A stretch of 64,000 nucleotides of DNA from Candidatus Eiseniibacteriota bacterium. GTDB taxonomy: Bacteria > Eisenbacteria > RBG-16-71-46 > CAZAMP01. A program made the translations under genes and the position numbers. Each line of letters opens with the position of its first letter. Position 1 is the first letter of the stretch. Below are positions 18,022 to 28,080 of this stretch, piece by piece. The stretch lies in assembly GCA_965224245.1 (NCBI GenBank), contig OZ245046.1, positions 3,264,001 to 3,328,000 on the forward strand, read 5' to 3'. Below the pieces are notes generated by a model. The model searched no databases, was not told the DNA's origin, and was given only the letters and a program-made list of their open reading frames with translations.

Positions 18022-20034
18022 TCAACGCTCAGGAAGAACCTCGAACCGAACGTCCCGCCAGTCCGACTCCCGCGTGATGGTGTCCCGCGCCTCGAGGACG
18101 AGGCTGTACGTGCCCTCGCGGAGATCGGTCAGATCGATCTCGAGCTCGCGCTCCCACACCCAGCCCGTGGCCTCCTCGGTCAGCTCGGCGGCCACGAACG
18201 GCTTGGCGCCGCGTCCCACGATCGCACGGCCGAAGCCGCGGCGCTCGCCCTCCTCGGGCACCACCGACAGCCGGAGCTCGAGGTAGCCGAGACCCACGGC
18301 GTCGGTGTGATACGCGTACACCTCGAAGCGCACCACGAGCGGCGTGTCCGGCCGGTAGCCCGCCCCCGGGTTCGACAGGAAACCGTCATCGGTCCGATAG
18401 CCCAGCCAGAGATCCGAGACCGCGAACCCGGTCTCGGCCACGGGCCGGTTCAGCTCCAGCGACGCGCTGCCCCGGCGGCCGATGGTGGCGCGGAGGGTGG
18501 CCGCCGTCGGCCCGGGGAAGTACGTCGTGCGGAAGAGACCCGGCTCGACGATCGGGAGCCCGCGGGGAACGGTCGTGGGCGCGATCACGCCGACGCTCTC
18601 GTACACGGGCACCCACGACGTGTCCGAGACGACCACCTCGGCGACGTGCGACCTGCGCTCCCCGGCGAACGTGACCTCCAGGCGGGGCGCCCCCGATTCC
18701 TCGCGGAACCACGCCGCGGCGCATCGGAACGGCGCGGTGTCGACACGTCCGCCGAGGTGCGGGTCATCCGGGAGGTTCGCGCGCAGCCAGTGGTGCTGCT
18801 TCATGCCCCGCTCGATCGGGAACTCGAAGCGACCGTTGTGGAACTCGTCGACGAAGCCGAATCCCTGCGCCTGACCGTTGACGTTGAACCAGTGCAGCCA
18901 GGCCATCGTCTCGTAACGTCGCTCGAGCGGCTTTCCGTAGCGGATGTAGAACTCGCCGGGCGCGATCTCCCAGCCCCGGAAGCCGAGATCGGGTCGGCCG
19001 TACGAGAAGTCCGCCATCGCCACGCGGGATGCGTGGATCACGAACCGCTCGTTGACGGGGGTCCCGGGCGTCGGATCCCGCTCGGCCCAGAAGCCCTTCT
19101 CGGGGGGATACAGGTCGAGCTTCGAGAGCGCGTCCCCGACCGACGTGAAGAGCATCGCGGCATCGGCGTCGAGGTAGATCGGCTCCTCGTACGCCGCCCG
19201 ATCGAACCCCGGCATCATGGCCAGCGCGGAGCGGAAGTGGGCCTCGGCCCGCCCGAAGTCGTCACGGTACTCGTGGAACACACCGGCGATGAGCTGGGTC
19301 TCGACGTCGTTCGGATGGTGCGTGAGGAGCGCCTGCACGTGGGGGGCCGCCACGTCGACGGAGTCGGCGTCCAGCGCGAGCACGGCCATTCGCAGATGCG
19401 AGCGCGCGTCGGTCGGCTGCACGCCGAGGAGACGTCCGTAGAGCGAACGGGCGCGTTCGAGATCCTCCAGGCGATAGTGCCGCCACCAGTCGCGTTCGGC
19501 CAGGACGGCCAGCTCCCGCAGGAGATCCCGGTCGTCCGGGAGCCGCGCCAGCGCCTCCTGATATGCGTTGCGCGCCTCGCTGTAGAATCGGCGCTCGCTC
19601 CGGACCTCGCCCAGATTGCGCTGGTACTCGGGATTGTCCGGCGCCACCAGCGTCAGATCGAGAAGGACGTCCTCTGCGGCCTCGCGTCCCACCGGAGTGC
19701 CGCGTGCGCGGTAGGCCTCCGCCAGATACAGTCGCGCGATCTCGTCGGACCGGTCGAACATGACCGCACGCTTGAGGACGCGCTCGGCGCGCCTGAGATC
19801 GCCCGCGATGTAGGCGCTGATGCCGACCGCCCGGAGGCTGGATCCCTGGGAGATCGCGTCGAGCTCGTCCGCCTCGTCGTCGACGAAGAGCGTGTCAGTG
19901 TCGGCGATCGCGCCGTCGGCGAGCGCGGTGGGTGTGATCGCCGAGTGGAGCGGCCGGAGCAGCGCGATCGCCGTGACGAAGCCCGACACGAGCAGCCGGG
20001 ACCGGATCGCGCGTGCTCCGGAGCGGGTCCTCAC
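18022..20034 (-). CDS. Exported TPR protein with GWxTD-like domain
   Basis: Signal peptide; TPR repeats; FWAERDPTPGTPVNE...RVAMA...GWEIAPGEFYIRYGKP matches the GWxTD layout; GAGGGAG SD before the GTG at 20034. Confidence 0.8.
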   Translation of the reverse strand: MRTRSGARAIRSRLLVSGFVTAIALLRPLHSAITPTALADGAIADTDTLFVDDEADELDAISQGSSLRAVGISAYIAGDLRRAERVLKRAVMFDRSDEIARLYLAEAYRARGTPVGREAAEDVLLDLTLVAPDNPEYQRNLGEVRSERRFYSEARNAYQEALARLPDDRDLLRELAVLAERDWWRHYRLEDLERARSLYGRLLGVQPTDARSHLRMAVLALDADSVDVAAPHVQALLTHHPNDVETQLIAGVFHEYRDDFGRAEAHFRSALAMMPGFDRAAYEEPIYLDADAAMLFTSVGDALSKLDLYPPEKGFWAERDPTPGTPVNERFVIHASRVAMADFSYGRPDLGFRGWEIAPGEFYIRYGKPLERRYETMAWLHWFNVNGQAQGFGFVDEFHNGRFEFPIERGMKQHHWLRANLPDDPHLGGRVDTAPFRCAAAWFREESGAPRLEVTFAGERRSHVAEVVVSDTSWVPVYESVGVIAPTTVPRGLPIVEPGLFRTTYFPGPTAATLRATIGRRGSASLELNRPVAETGFAVSDLWLGYRTDDGFLSNPGAGYRPDTPLVVRFEVYAYHTDAVGLGYLELRLSVVPEEGERRGFGRAIVGRGAKPFVAAELTEEATGWVWERELEIDLTDLREGTYSLVLEARDTITRESDWRDVRFEVLPER

Positions 20035-20263
20035 GTGTGCGTCTCCCTCGTTCGTGGCTGGCGTCGGTCCGATCCGATCGGCGTTCGTCCCACGCATTGT
20101 CCGACGACCGGCGGTGCTCCTGTCAAGTGTCGCCTACTCCTCACGCCGATCCGCGACCGGATCGGGAGCGACACGTGCGCGTCCCTCCCCGCGTTCGCGT
20201 GGGGTCGCTGTGCTAGACTCGCCGGGTTCTCTTGAGTGTCCGGCGTCCGTCCACGGAGGAATC

Positions 20264-21271
20264 ATGCTGCGCGTGGGGCTGATCGGCGCGGGTGTCATCG
20301 CGGACATCCACACGGCGAGCTTCAAGAACCGACCCGACGCCCGGGTCACGAGGATCTTCGCGACGTCCGAGGCCGATCGCAACGCGCTGGCCCACAAGCG
20401 CGGCGCGGAGGCCGTGGCCGACGCCGACGCGATCCTGTCCTCGGACGAGATCGACGTCGTGCTCGTCTGTACCCCCACCGAGTCTCATGCGGACTACACC
20501 GTCCGGGCCCTCGAAGCCGGCAAGCACGTCTTCTGCGAGAAGCCGATGGCGCTCACGCTGGCCGACGCCGACCGGATGTGCCGGGCCGCCGAGGCATCCG
20601 GACACACGCTGATGATCGGGCTCGTCCTCCGGTGGTTCCACGAGTTCCGAAAGCTCCGGGACGTCGTCGTCTCCGGCGCCATCGGGGAGACGCGGGTGGT
20701 CCGGACCACGCGAGCGGCGGGGTTTCCGCGGGGTCGTGACGACTGGTACGCCGACTTCGCGCGTTCGGGCGGCCTCGCGATGGACATGATCACCCACGAC
20801 TACGACTTTCTCCGCTGGTGCTTCGGCGACGTGGCGCGCGTGATGGCGCGCGGTCTGGCCACGCGGTCGCTCGACCATCTCGACTACTGTCTGGTGCTCC
20901 TTCGCTTCCGTTCGGGCGTCATCGCGCACGTGGAGGGGTCCTGGGCTCATCCGTCGGGCACGTTCTTCACACGAGCCGAGATCGCCGGCACCGAGGGACT
21001 CGTCAGCTTCGACAGCCGCCGTGCGGTTCCGTTCGCGCTCTCGCGGCGCCGGGAGCAAGGAGACGCCCCGAGCGTGGCCGTCCCCGAATCACCGGTGGAG
21101 GAGAGCCCGTACCTTCAGGAGATGAACCACTTCCTGTCCGTCGTGCGCGGCAAGGCGGAGCTCCTCGTGACGCCGGCGGACGCGCGCGACGCGCTCCGGG
21201 TGGCCCTGGCGGTGAACGAGTCCATTCGCACCGGCGAGCCGGTCGTGCTCGCCGAGGGAGGTGCGTCGTGA
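20264..21271 (+). CDS. Gfo/Idh/MocA family oxidoreductase
   Basis: GLIGAGVI, AGKHVFCEKP and DMITHDYD; GGAGGA SD. Confidence 0.95.
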   Translation: MLRVGLIGAGVIADIHTASFKNRPDARVTRIFATSEADRNALAHKRGAEAVADADAILSSDEIDVVLVCTPTESHADYTVRALEAGKHVFCEKPMALTLADADRMCRAAEASGHTLMIGLVLRWFHEFRKLRDVVVSGAIGETRVVRTTRAAGFPRGRDDWYADFARSGGLAMDMITHDYDFLRWCFGDVARVMARGLATRSLDHLDYCLVLLRFRSGVIAHVEGSWAHPSGTFFTRAEIAGTEGLVSFDSRRAVPFALSRRREQGDAPSVAVPESPVEESPYLQEMNHFLSVVRGKAELLVTPADARDALRVALAVNESIRTGEPVVLAEGGAS

Positions 21272-22263
21272 TCGGCATCGGCATCATCTCGTTCGCCCAC
21301 ATGCACGGCTGGTCGTACGCGAGCGCGGTGTCGCGCGGCCCGGACACGACGCTGGTGGCGGTCGCCGACCCCGACGCCGGCCGCCTCGAGAAGGCCCGGG
21401 CCAAGCACGAACCGCCGCTTGCCACGCCGGATCCTCACGAGCTCCTCGCGCGCCCCGACGTCGATGCCGTGATCATCTGCTCCGAGAACGCGCATCATGC
21501 CGAGCACGCGGTGGCCGCAGCCGAGGCCGGCAAGCACATCCTGTGCGAGAAGCCGCTGGCCACGAACGCCGACGATGCGGCACGGATGGTGGCCGCCGCG
21601 GCGGCTCGGGATGTACGGCTGATGACGGCGTTCCCGTGCCGGTTCCATCCCGCGGCCCGGCGCACGCATGCCGCGATCGAGTCCGGCTCGGTGGGCCGCG
21701 TCCTGGCCGTGAACGGCACGAACCACGGGAAGAACCCCGGCGGGTGGTTCGTGGATCCGGCGCTCTCGGGTGGCGGCGCGATCACCGACCACACCGTGCA
21801 CGTGGTCGATCTCCTGCGCTGGATGACCGGGCAGGACGTCGAGGACGTCTACGCCGAGTCCACCAGCTTCGACGCGTCGCTCCCCTGTGAGGACGGCGCG
21901 ATCCTGTCGCTGCGCTTCCAGGACTTCATCGCCACGCTCGACGCGTCGTGGTCGCGTCCGCCATCCAACCCGGTGTGGGGCGACGTGACGCTCGAGGTCA
22001 TCGGGGACGGCGGCGTCCTGTCGATGGACCTCTTCGCCCAGGAGCTCACCGTGGTCACCGAGCGCGATCGCCGCGTGGCGCACGAGAACTGGGGCGACGA
22101 CATGGATCGCGGCCTCGTGCGGGCGTTCGTCGAGTGTGTGCGTGACGACGGCGAGCCTGCCGTGACCGGCGTCGACGGGCTTCGCACGGTGGAGGTCGTC
22201 GAGGCGGCGTACCGCTCGGTCCGCTCCGGACGGCCCGAGCGCGTCGTGCGTCGCACCCCGTGA
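21268..22263 (+). CDS. Gfo/Idh/MocA family oxidoreductase
   Basis: AGKHILCEKP and GGGAITDHTVH; N-terminal ISFAHMH; GTGA overlap. Confidence 0.93.
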   Translation: MIGIGIISFAHMHGWSYASAVSRGPDTTLVAVADPDAGRLEKARAKHEPPLATPDPHELLARPDVDAVIICSENAHHAEHAVAAAEAGKHILCEKPLATNADDAARMVAAAAARDVRLMTAFPCRFHPAARRTHAAIESGSVGRVLAVNGTNHGKNPGGWFVDPALSGGGAITDHTVHVVDLLRWMTGQDVEDVYAESTSFDASLPCEDGAILSLRFQDFIATLDASWSRPPSNPVWGDVTLEVIGDGGVLSMDLFAQELTVVTERDRRVAHENWGDDMDRGLVRAFVECVRDDGEPAVTGVDGLRTVEVVEAAYRSVRSGRPERVVRRTP

Positions 22264-22308
22264 CCACACGGGTCACGACTTGACGCCGGGTCACGAGATG
22301 CGACGACG

Positions 22309-24753
22309 ATGAGCGGCCCGCCGTTCGAGCCGTTGCCGGCCGCGGCGTGGTCGGTGCCGTGTGATCGCACGGCCCCCCGGGAGTTCGTTCCCAATCACGA
22401 CAAGTCCGAGGTCGTGGACCCGCCCTACGCCGGGGCACCGCTGGGCGGTCTCGGCGCGGGCACGGTGACCCGGAGCCACCGCGGCGACTTCGTGCGCTGG
22501 CATCTCGCACCCGGCGTGCACCGCTATCACCGACTGCCCGCGTGCGCCCAGGCCATCGCCGTGCATCGGGACGACGACACCCGCGCGTGCATCGACGCGT
22601 TCGCGCTGGGCACGCCTCCGGACGACGGCACCCTGGGAACGTGGTCGTTCCGCCACGCCGGCTTCCGGTACGCTGCGCTGTATCCCCGCTCGTGGTTCGA
22701 CGGAACGGCCGCCGGCGGGCGGATCCGGTGGAGGCTGACCCAGCTCTCGCCGGTCCTCCCCGGCAACTACGTCGAGACCAGCTATCCGGTCGGCGTCTTT
22801 CGCGTCACGTTCCGGAACGACGGAGACGACGCCATGATCGTGTCGTTCCTGACGTCCTGGGAGAACCTCGCCCCGCCGAGCCCCGGGGTCGCGACCGGCG
22901 GCCGCCCGACGCACGCGGTCGCGCCGGAGGACGGCATCCTCTGGCTCGGACGCGCCTCGGAGGACCCCAACGACTCGGGCGCGGTCGCGATGGCCGTGAC
23001 CGGAGGCGACGCCTTCGCGATCGCGGACTTCCCCGCCGACGGCGATGGACACGCGGTCTGGAGCGGCCTCACGGGCGTCGGCCCGGATCGGGAGCCGGGC
23101 CATCGGGAGCCGGGCGGGGACACCACCGACCATCGGCCCGGTGGGGTCCGGCGCGCGGGGGCCATCGGGGCCCGGATCCGGCTCGCCCCCGGGGAGCGCC
23201 GCGACGTCACGTGCGCGATCGCCTGGCACTTCCCGGTGATGCGGTTCGGCGCCGGCCGCGCCTGGTACCGGCGTCACACCGCGTTCGTGGGCCGACACGT
23301 CGGTGGCGGACCGTCCGATCCGACCGACCCCGCCGTCCGCCTCGCCCGCGAGGCTCTGACGTCGGCCACGACGTGGATGACCGCGATCGCAGCCTGGCAA
23401 CGGCCGTATCTCGAGCGTCGCTCGCCCGAGCTGACCCGCGCGCTCTTCAACACGCTCTACATCCTCGCCGACGGCGGAACGATCTGGCAGTCGGGTCCGG
23501 AGGCCACCGAGCACGCCGGCGACGGTGCGCCGGCGGGCGCGGCGCCCGCGGTGCCGGGGTGTCGCGACGTGGGACGCTTCGCGGTGCTGGAGTGCTTCAC
23601 GTACCCCTACTACGCGACGCTCGACGTGCGCTACTACGGCTCCCTGCCGCTCCTGTTCTTCTGGCCGGAGCTCGAGCGGCAGGTGCTGCTCCAGTTCGCC
23701 CAGGCCGCCCTCGCCGAGGACGTGGAGACGCGCGACATGGTCCACGTGGAGGAGCGCGCGGTCCGCAAGCGCCGGGGAACGCTCCCGCACGACCTCGGCC
23801 GCGCGGACGAGGACCCCTGGGTGAAGATCAACGCGTACGACGACATCGATCCGAATCGCTGGAAGGACCTCGGCTCCAAGTTCGTGCTCCTGATCGTTCG
23901 GTACATGGGGCGCGTCCGCTGGGAGGATCGGGGATTCCTCCGGGCCGTCTGGCCCGCGGTGGAGGCCGCGATGGCCCACCTGGCCTCGCAGGACCGCGAC
24001 GGCGACGGGCTGCCCGACAACGAAGGCATCCCCGATCAGACCTTCGACAAGTGGCCGATGACCGGGCTCAGCGCCTACTGCGGAGGGCTGGCGCTCGCCG
24101 CCCTCCGGGCCGCCGAGACGCTGGCCGAGTGGTGCGGCCGGCCGGGCCAGGCTCGCGAGTACGAGCGCTGGCGACGCCGCGCGACCGGCCGGTTCGTGAG
24201 CGCGCTGTGGCGCGGGGACCATCTCGCGTACGACGCGGCACCCGAGAACGCCGAGATGGTCATGTGCGGGCAGCTCTCCGGCGACTGGGCGTGCGCGCTC
24301 GCGGGCTTTCCCACGGTGCTCTCGGAGACCCAGACGCGCGACACGCTGGACACGATCTGGCGATCCTGCAGGGCCGAGCGGAACGGCGTGCTCTGGGGAC
24401 TCCACAACGGCGCGGCATACGTCGCGCCCGACGGCCAGCGGGTCGGACCCGCTCCCGACAATCGACACGCGAAGGAGATCTGGTCCGGCATCAACTACGC
24501 CGTCGTGTCCCAGCTCGTCCTGGCGGGCCTCGACGATCCGGCGGCCCGTCTGGTCGAGGCGCTCGATCGCGTGATCGGTGTGGACTGTCCGTTCGCGTTC
24601 GGCGTGCCCGAGGCGTGGGAGCCTGACGGTCGATTCCGCGGCGCGCTCTACGTGCGACCGCTGGCGGTGTGGGCCGTCGAGGAGGCGCTCCGGCGCCGGC
24701 GGCCCGACGACGGCGCGCCGCCGTTCCTCGTGGGACCGGAGGCCTCCGGATGA
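22309..24753 (+). CDS. GH116 beta-glucosidase / non-lysosomal glucosylceramidase-like
   Basis: GAPLGGLGAG; LECFTYPYYATLDVRYYGS (nucleophile Glu region); DRDGDGLPDNEGIPDQTFDKW (acid/base Asp region); WKDL. Confidence 0.92.
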   Translation: MSGPPFEPLPAAAWSVPCDRTAPREFVPNHDKSEVVDPPYAGAPLGGLGAGTVTRSHRGDFVRWHLAPGVHRYHRLPACAQAIAVHRDDDTRACIDAFALGTPPDDGTLGTWSFRHAGFRYAALYPRSWFDGTAAGGRIRWRLTQLSPVLPGNYVETSYPVGVFRVTFRNDGDDAMIVSFLTSWENLAPPSPGVATGGRPTHAVAPEDGILWLGRASEDPNDSGAVAMAVTGGDAFAIADFPADGDGHAVWSGLTGVGPDREPGHREPGGDTTDHRPGGVRRAGAIGARIRLAPGERRDVTCAIAWHFPVMRFGAGRAWYRRHTAFVGRHVGGGPSDPTDPAVRLAREALTSATTWMTAIAAWQRPYLERRSPELTRALFNTLYILADGGTIWQSGPEATEHAGDGAPAGAAPAVPGCRDVGRFAVLECFTYPYYATLDVRYYGSLPLLFFWPELERQVLLQFAQAALAEDVETRDMVHVEERAVRKRRGTLPHDLGRADEDPWVKINAYDDIDPNRWKDLGSKFVLLIVRYMGRVRWEDRGFLRAVWPAVEAAMAHLASQDRDGDGLPDNEGIPDQTFDKWPMTGLSAYCGGLALAALRAAETLAEWCGRPGQAREYERWRRRATGRFVSALWRGDHLAYDAAPENAEMVMCGQLSGDWACALAGFPTVLSETQTRDTLDTIWRSCRAERNGVLWGLHNGAAYVAPDGQRVGPAPDNRHAKEIWSGINYAVVSQLVLAGLDDPAARLVEALDRVIGVDCPFAFGVPEAWEPDGRFRGALYVRPLAVWAVEEALRRRRPDDGAPPFLVGPEASG

Positions 24754-26027
24754 CCGCGTACCGGCGTGAGGACCGCGTCGACGTCGGCGCGCTGCGAGAC
24801 CGCGTGGCCGCGATGACCGGGGCACACTCGTCCGAAGTGCGCGTCGTGCGCGCACCCTATCGATTCTGTCCGCTCGGGGCCCACGTCGACCACCAGGGCG
24901 GACCGGTCACCGGTGTGGCGCTCGACCGCGCGACGCACCTCGCCTACGTCGGCTCCGAGGATCTGCGCGTGCGACTTCGCTCGGACGACGCGAGCGGCCT
25001 CGTCGACTTCGCGCTGGACGCCGTCCCCGACGCGATCGCCGGCGACTGGGGAAACTACGTGCGCGGCGCCGCGCGGGCGCTCGGGGCCGAACGACCGCTC
25101 TCGCGGGGGCTCAGCGGGATCGTCGCCGGCGAGATGTCACCCGGCGGCGTCAGCTCGTCGGCGGCGCTCGGCGTGGCCTGCCTCCTCGCGCTCGAGGACG
25201 TGAATGGCCTCGACGTGTCCGTGGTCGAGAACGTCGAGCTGGACCGGCGGATCGAGAACGACTACCTGGGGCTGGCGAACGGGATCCTCGATCCGTCGAT
25301 CATCCTCCGTGCGGTCGAGGGCGCGCTCGTGCACCTCGACTGCGGCACCGGCGCGTTCGAGGTGGTGCGCTCGCCGGTCGCGAACGACCTGGCGCTGGTG
25401 GCGGTGTACTCGGGCATCACGGTCGCGCTGGCGGGAACCGGCTACAACCGCCGGGTCGCCGAGTGCCGCGATGCCGCCGCCGCGTTGCTCGCGATGGGGG
25501 GCGATCTCGGCCCTGCGTCCGGAGCCGGCACGGTGGCCGGGCACGCGAGCGACGCCTCCTCGGCACCCACCCTCGGCGACGTACCGCGCGCACACTTCGA
25601 CGCCCACGGGAACGCGCTCCCCGACCCGCTCCGCAAGCGAGCGACCCACTACTTCGGCGAGGTCGAGCGGGTGCGCCTGGGCGTGGAGGCCTGGCGGCGG
25701 GGCGATCTGGCCGAGCTCGGACGGCTGGTCACCGCGACCGGAGAGAGCTCGGTGACCCACTACGAGTGCGGGTCCCCCGAGCTCACCGCGCTGTTCCGGC
25801 AGCTCGTGGAGACCGACGGCGTCATCGGCGCGCGGTTCTCGGGAGCGGGCTTCCGGGGCTATGCGATGGCGCTGGTGCGCCCCGCCGACGCCGAGGCGAT
25901 CGGCGAATGCGCCGCTTCCGCGTTCGCCGAGGCCCATCCCGACCTCGCCCCGCGCGTGCACTGGATGGTGTGCCGCTCGGCCCGCGCGGCCGGCCTGGTC
26001 GACGACGCGGGTCGAGCTCTCTCCTGA
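24750..26027 (+). CDS. GHMP kinase, galacturonokinase-like
   Basis: APYRFCPLGAHVDHQGG, GVSSSAA, IENDYLGLANGILD and GARFSGAGFRG motifs. Confidence 0.85.
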   Translation: MTAYRREDRVDVGALRDRVAAMTGAHSSEVRVVRAPYRFCPLGAHVDHQGGPVTGVALDRATHLAYVGSEDLRVRLRSDDASGLVDFALDAVPDAIAGDWGNYVRGAARALGAERPLSRGLSGIVAGEMSPGGVSSSAALGVACLLALEDVNGLDVSVVENVELDRRIENDYLGLANGILDPSIILRAVEGALVHLDCGTGAFEVVRSPVANDLALVAVYSGITVALAGTGYNRRVAECRDAAAALLAMGGDLGPASGAGTVAGHASDASSAPTLGDVPRAHFDAHGNALPDPLRKRATHYFGEVERVRLGVEAWRRGDLAELGRLVTATGESSVTHYECGSPELTALFRQLVETDGVIGARFSGAGFRGYAMALVRPADAEAIGECAASAFAEAHPDLAPRVHWMVCRSARAAGLVDDAGRALS

Positions 26028-26037
26028 CGGGCCGCCC

Positions 26038-27705
26038 TCAGCGGAACGGGCGGTGCTCGCGAGAGAAGTACTCGCGCGTCATCTCCACCGTCCTCGGCAA
26101 GAGGAGCAGGATCGCGATCAGGTTCGGGAACGCCATCATTCCCAGCGCGGCGTCCCCGAGCTGCCACACGAACTCCAGCGCCGCCACCGCCCCGATGAAA
26201 TGCATGGCGCAGAAGAGCAGCCGGTACGGCAGCACGGCGCCGTCCCCGAACAGGTAGACCGCGCAGCGATCGCCGTAGTACGACCAGCTGATCGCCGTGG
26301 ACAGCCCGAACAGGAACACGGCCAGCGTCACGATGTAGCGCCCATACGTGCCGGCGATGGGTGCGAGGCCGCGCTCGAAGCCCCACGCGGTGAGGGGCGC
26401 GCCGTTCTGTACCATGTTGCCCGAGAGCCAGACGTCGTCCAGCCCGGTGAAGTCGATCACTCCGGCCTCGACGGTCACGGTCCCCGTCCACGGAGCCCCG
26501 CCGGACTCCAGCCGTGCCTCCTCCACCGTGGCGTGGTTGCGGACGAACGTCGCGCCCTCGACCCGGCCGTCGACGACGCTCAGCGTTCCGTCGAAGAGAT
26601 CGGCGTCGGCGACCTCGCCCTCGGCCTGGACCCCCGCGCCCGCGTCCACGACGGTGATGTCGGACTGCGTGGACAGCACGACGGACTCGGCCCGCCGCTC
26701 GTGCCAGACGTCGGTGGTCAGGATCACGAGCCCCGTGATCGAGCAGATGATGAGGGTGTCGATCAGGGGCCCCATCATGGCCACGACGCCTTCTCGCACG
26801 GGCTCGTCGGTCTTGGCGGCGGCGTGGGCGATGGGGGCCGACCCCTGGCCGGACTCGTTCGAGAAGAGCCCCCGCTTGACGCCCCAGGTGAGCATGAAGA
26901 TGAAGCTGCCGCCGGCGAACCCTCCGATCTGGGCCGCCGGCTCGAACGCCGACGACACGATCGCGGCCAGCGTGCCCGGGATGTGCTCGATGTTCAGGAT
27001 CAGCACGATCAGGCCACCCGTCACGTACGTGGCGGCCATCCAGGGCGCCAGCTTGCTCGTGACCGCCCCGATGCGCTTGATGCCGCCCAGGATGACCGAG
27101 GCCACCAGCGCCGTCATGATGCTGCCGGTCAGAACCGTCGGAAGCCCCAGATCCGCACGCATCGCGTCGGCGACTGTGTTCGCCTGGATGCCGTTCCCCG
27201 AGCCGAAGCTGGACAGGATCGCGCAGAACGCGAACAGGACCGCGAGCGGCTTCCAGGCCGGCCCGAGGCCGCGCTCGATGTAGTACATGGGCCCGCCGGC
27301 CGCCGTCCCGTCCGGTCGGATCACCCGGTACTTCATGGCGAGGGTGCACTCGGAGAACTTGAGCGCCATGCCGAACACCGCGGTGACCCACATCCAGAAC
27401 AGCGCACCGGGTCCACCGTAGTGAATGGCGGTGGCCACGCCGCCGATGTTGCCGATCCCGACGGTCGCCGAGAGCGCCGTGGACAGGGCCTGGAAGTGAG
27501 AGATGTCCCCTTCGTGAGAGGGGTCGTCGTACTTGCCGCGTGTGACGTCGAGGCTGTGCTCGAGGCGGCGCACCTGTATGAAGCGGAGCGCCACCGTCGT
27601 GATCAGCCCGGTGACCAGCAGCACCGCCACCATCAACGGGAACGTCTCCGGACGCGCCCAGATCCAATCGGCCAGATTCGTCGCGATTCCGGTCAGTGCG
27701 TCCAT
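26038..27705 (-). CDS. Alanine/glycine:cation symporter (AGCS/AlsT family)
   Basis: SATVGIGNIGGVA, GGPGALFWMW, GGPMYY and RGLFSNESGQGS motifs. Confidence 0.96.
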   Translation of the reverse strand: MDALTGIATNLADWIWARPETFPLMVAVLLVTGLITTVALRFIQVRRLEHSLDVTRGKYDDPSHEGDISHFQALSTALSATVGIGNIGGVATAIHYGGPGALFWMWVTAVFGMALKFSECTLAMKYRVIRPDGTAAGGPMYYIERGLGPAWKPLAVLFAFCAILSSFGSGNGIQANTVADAMRADLGLPTVLTGSIMTALVASVILGGIKRIGAVTSKLAPWMAATYVTGGLIVLILNIEHIPGTLAAIVSSAFEPAAQIGGFAGGSFIFMLTWGVKRGLFSNESGQGSAPIAHAAAKTDEPVREGVVAMMGPLIDTLIICSITGLVILTTDVWHERRAESVVLSTQSDITVVDAGAGVQAEGEVADADLFDGTLSVVDGRVEGATFVRNHATVEEARLESGGAPWTGTVTVEAGVIDFTGLDDVWLSGNMVQNGAPLTAWGFERGLAPIAGTYGRYIVTLAVFLFGLSTAISWSYYGDRCAVYLFGDGAVLPYRLLFCAMHFIGAVAALEFVWQLGDAALGMMAFPNLIAILLLLPRTVEMTREYFSREHRPFR

Positions 27706-27860
27706 GCGCTCTTCCTGTCGTTGCCGACGTTGAGTCCCGAGGCCGCGCGGACGTCACGCGCCCGCTAACTGTTACTGGATCGATGGAACGGGCGGCAAGC
27801 GCTTTCCCGGCCGACGTGGCGTGAGACCGCACTCGCGGTCTCGCCGATCGCTCGCTCGCG

Positions 27861-27889
27861 TTGACCCGATCGACGCGTCGTGCTAGCCT
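27861..27889 (+). promoter_or_regulatory. Putative sigma70 promoter for the propeptide/TPR-bEBP operon
   Basis: TTGACC-17 bp-TAGCCT with an extended -10 TG. Confidence 0.55.
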
Positions 27890-28080
27890 TCGACAACTCC
27901 GCACACCGCTCCGCTCGACCCATCCGATCGGGAGCGCCGCCGTCGTCGACGGCGAGCCCGTCATCGTATTCGCGCCGTTCGTACCGACCAGCCGTCGCAC
28001 CGGCACGACTGGCCGTGCCCGATGTCGATTGACGCGACATCTCATCGTCTCGATGCGCGTCACCCAAAAGGAGGTTCGTA

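Noticed and set aside
16947-20263. Insert between the sugar operons as a mobile element
   Set aside because: No transposase/integrase, terminal inverted repeats or target-site duplication seen.
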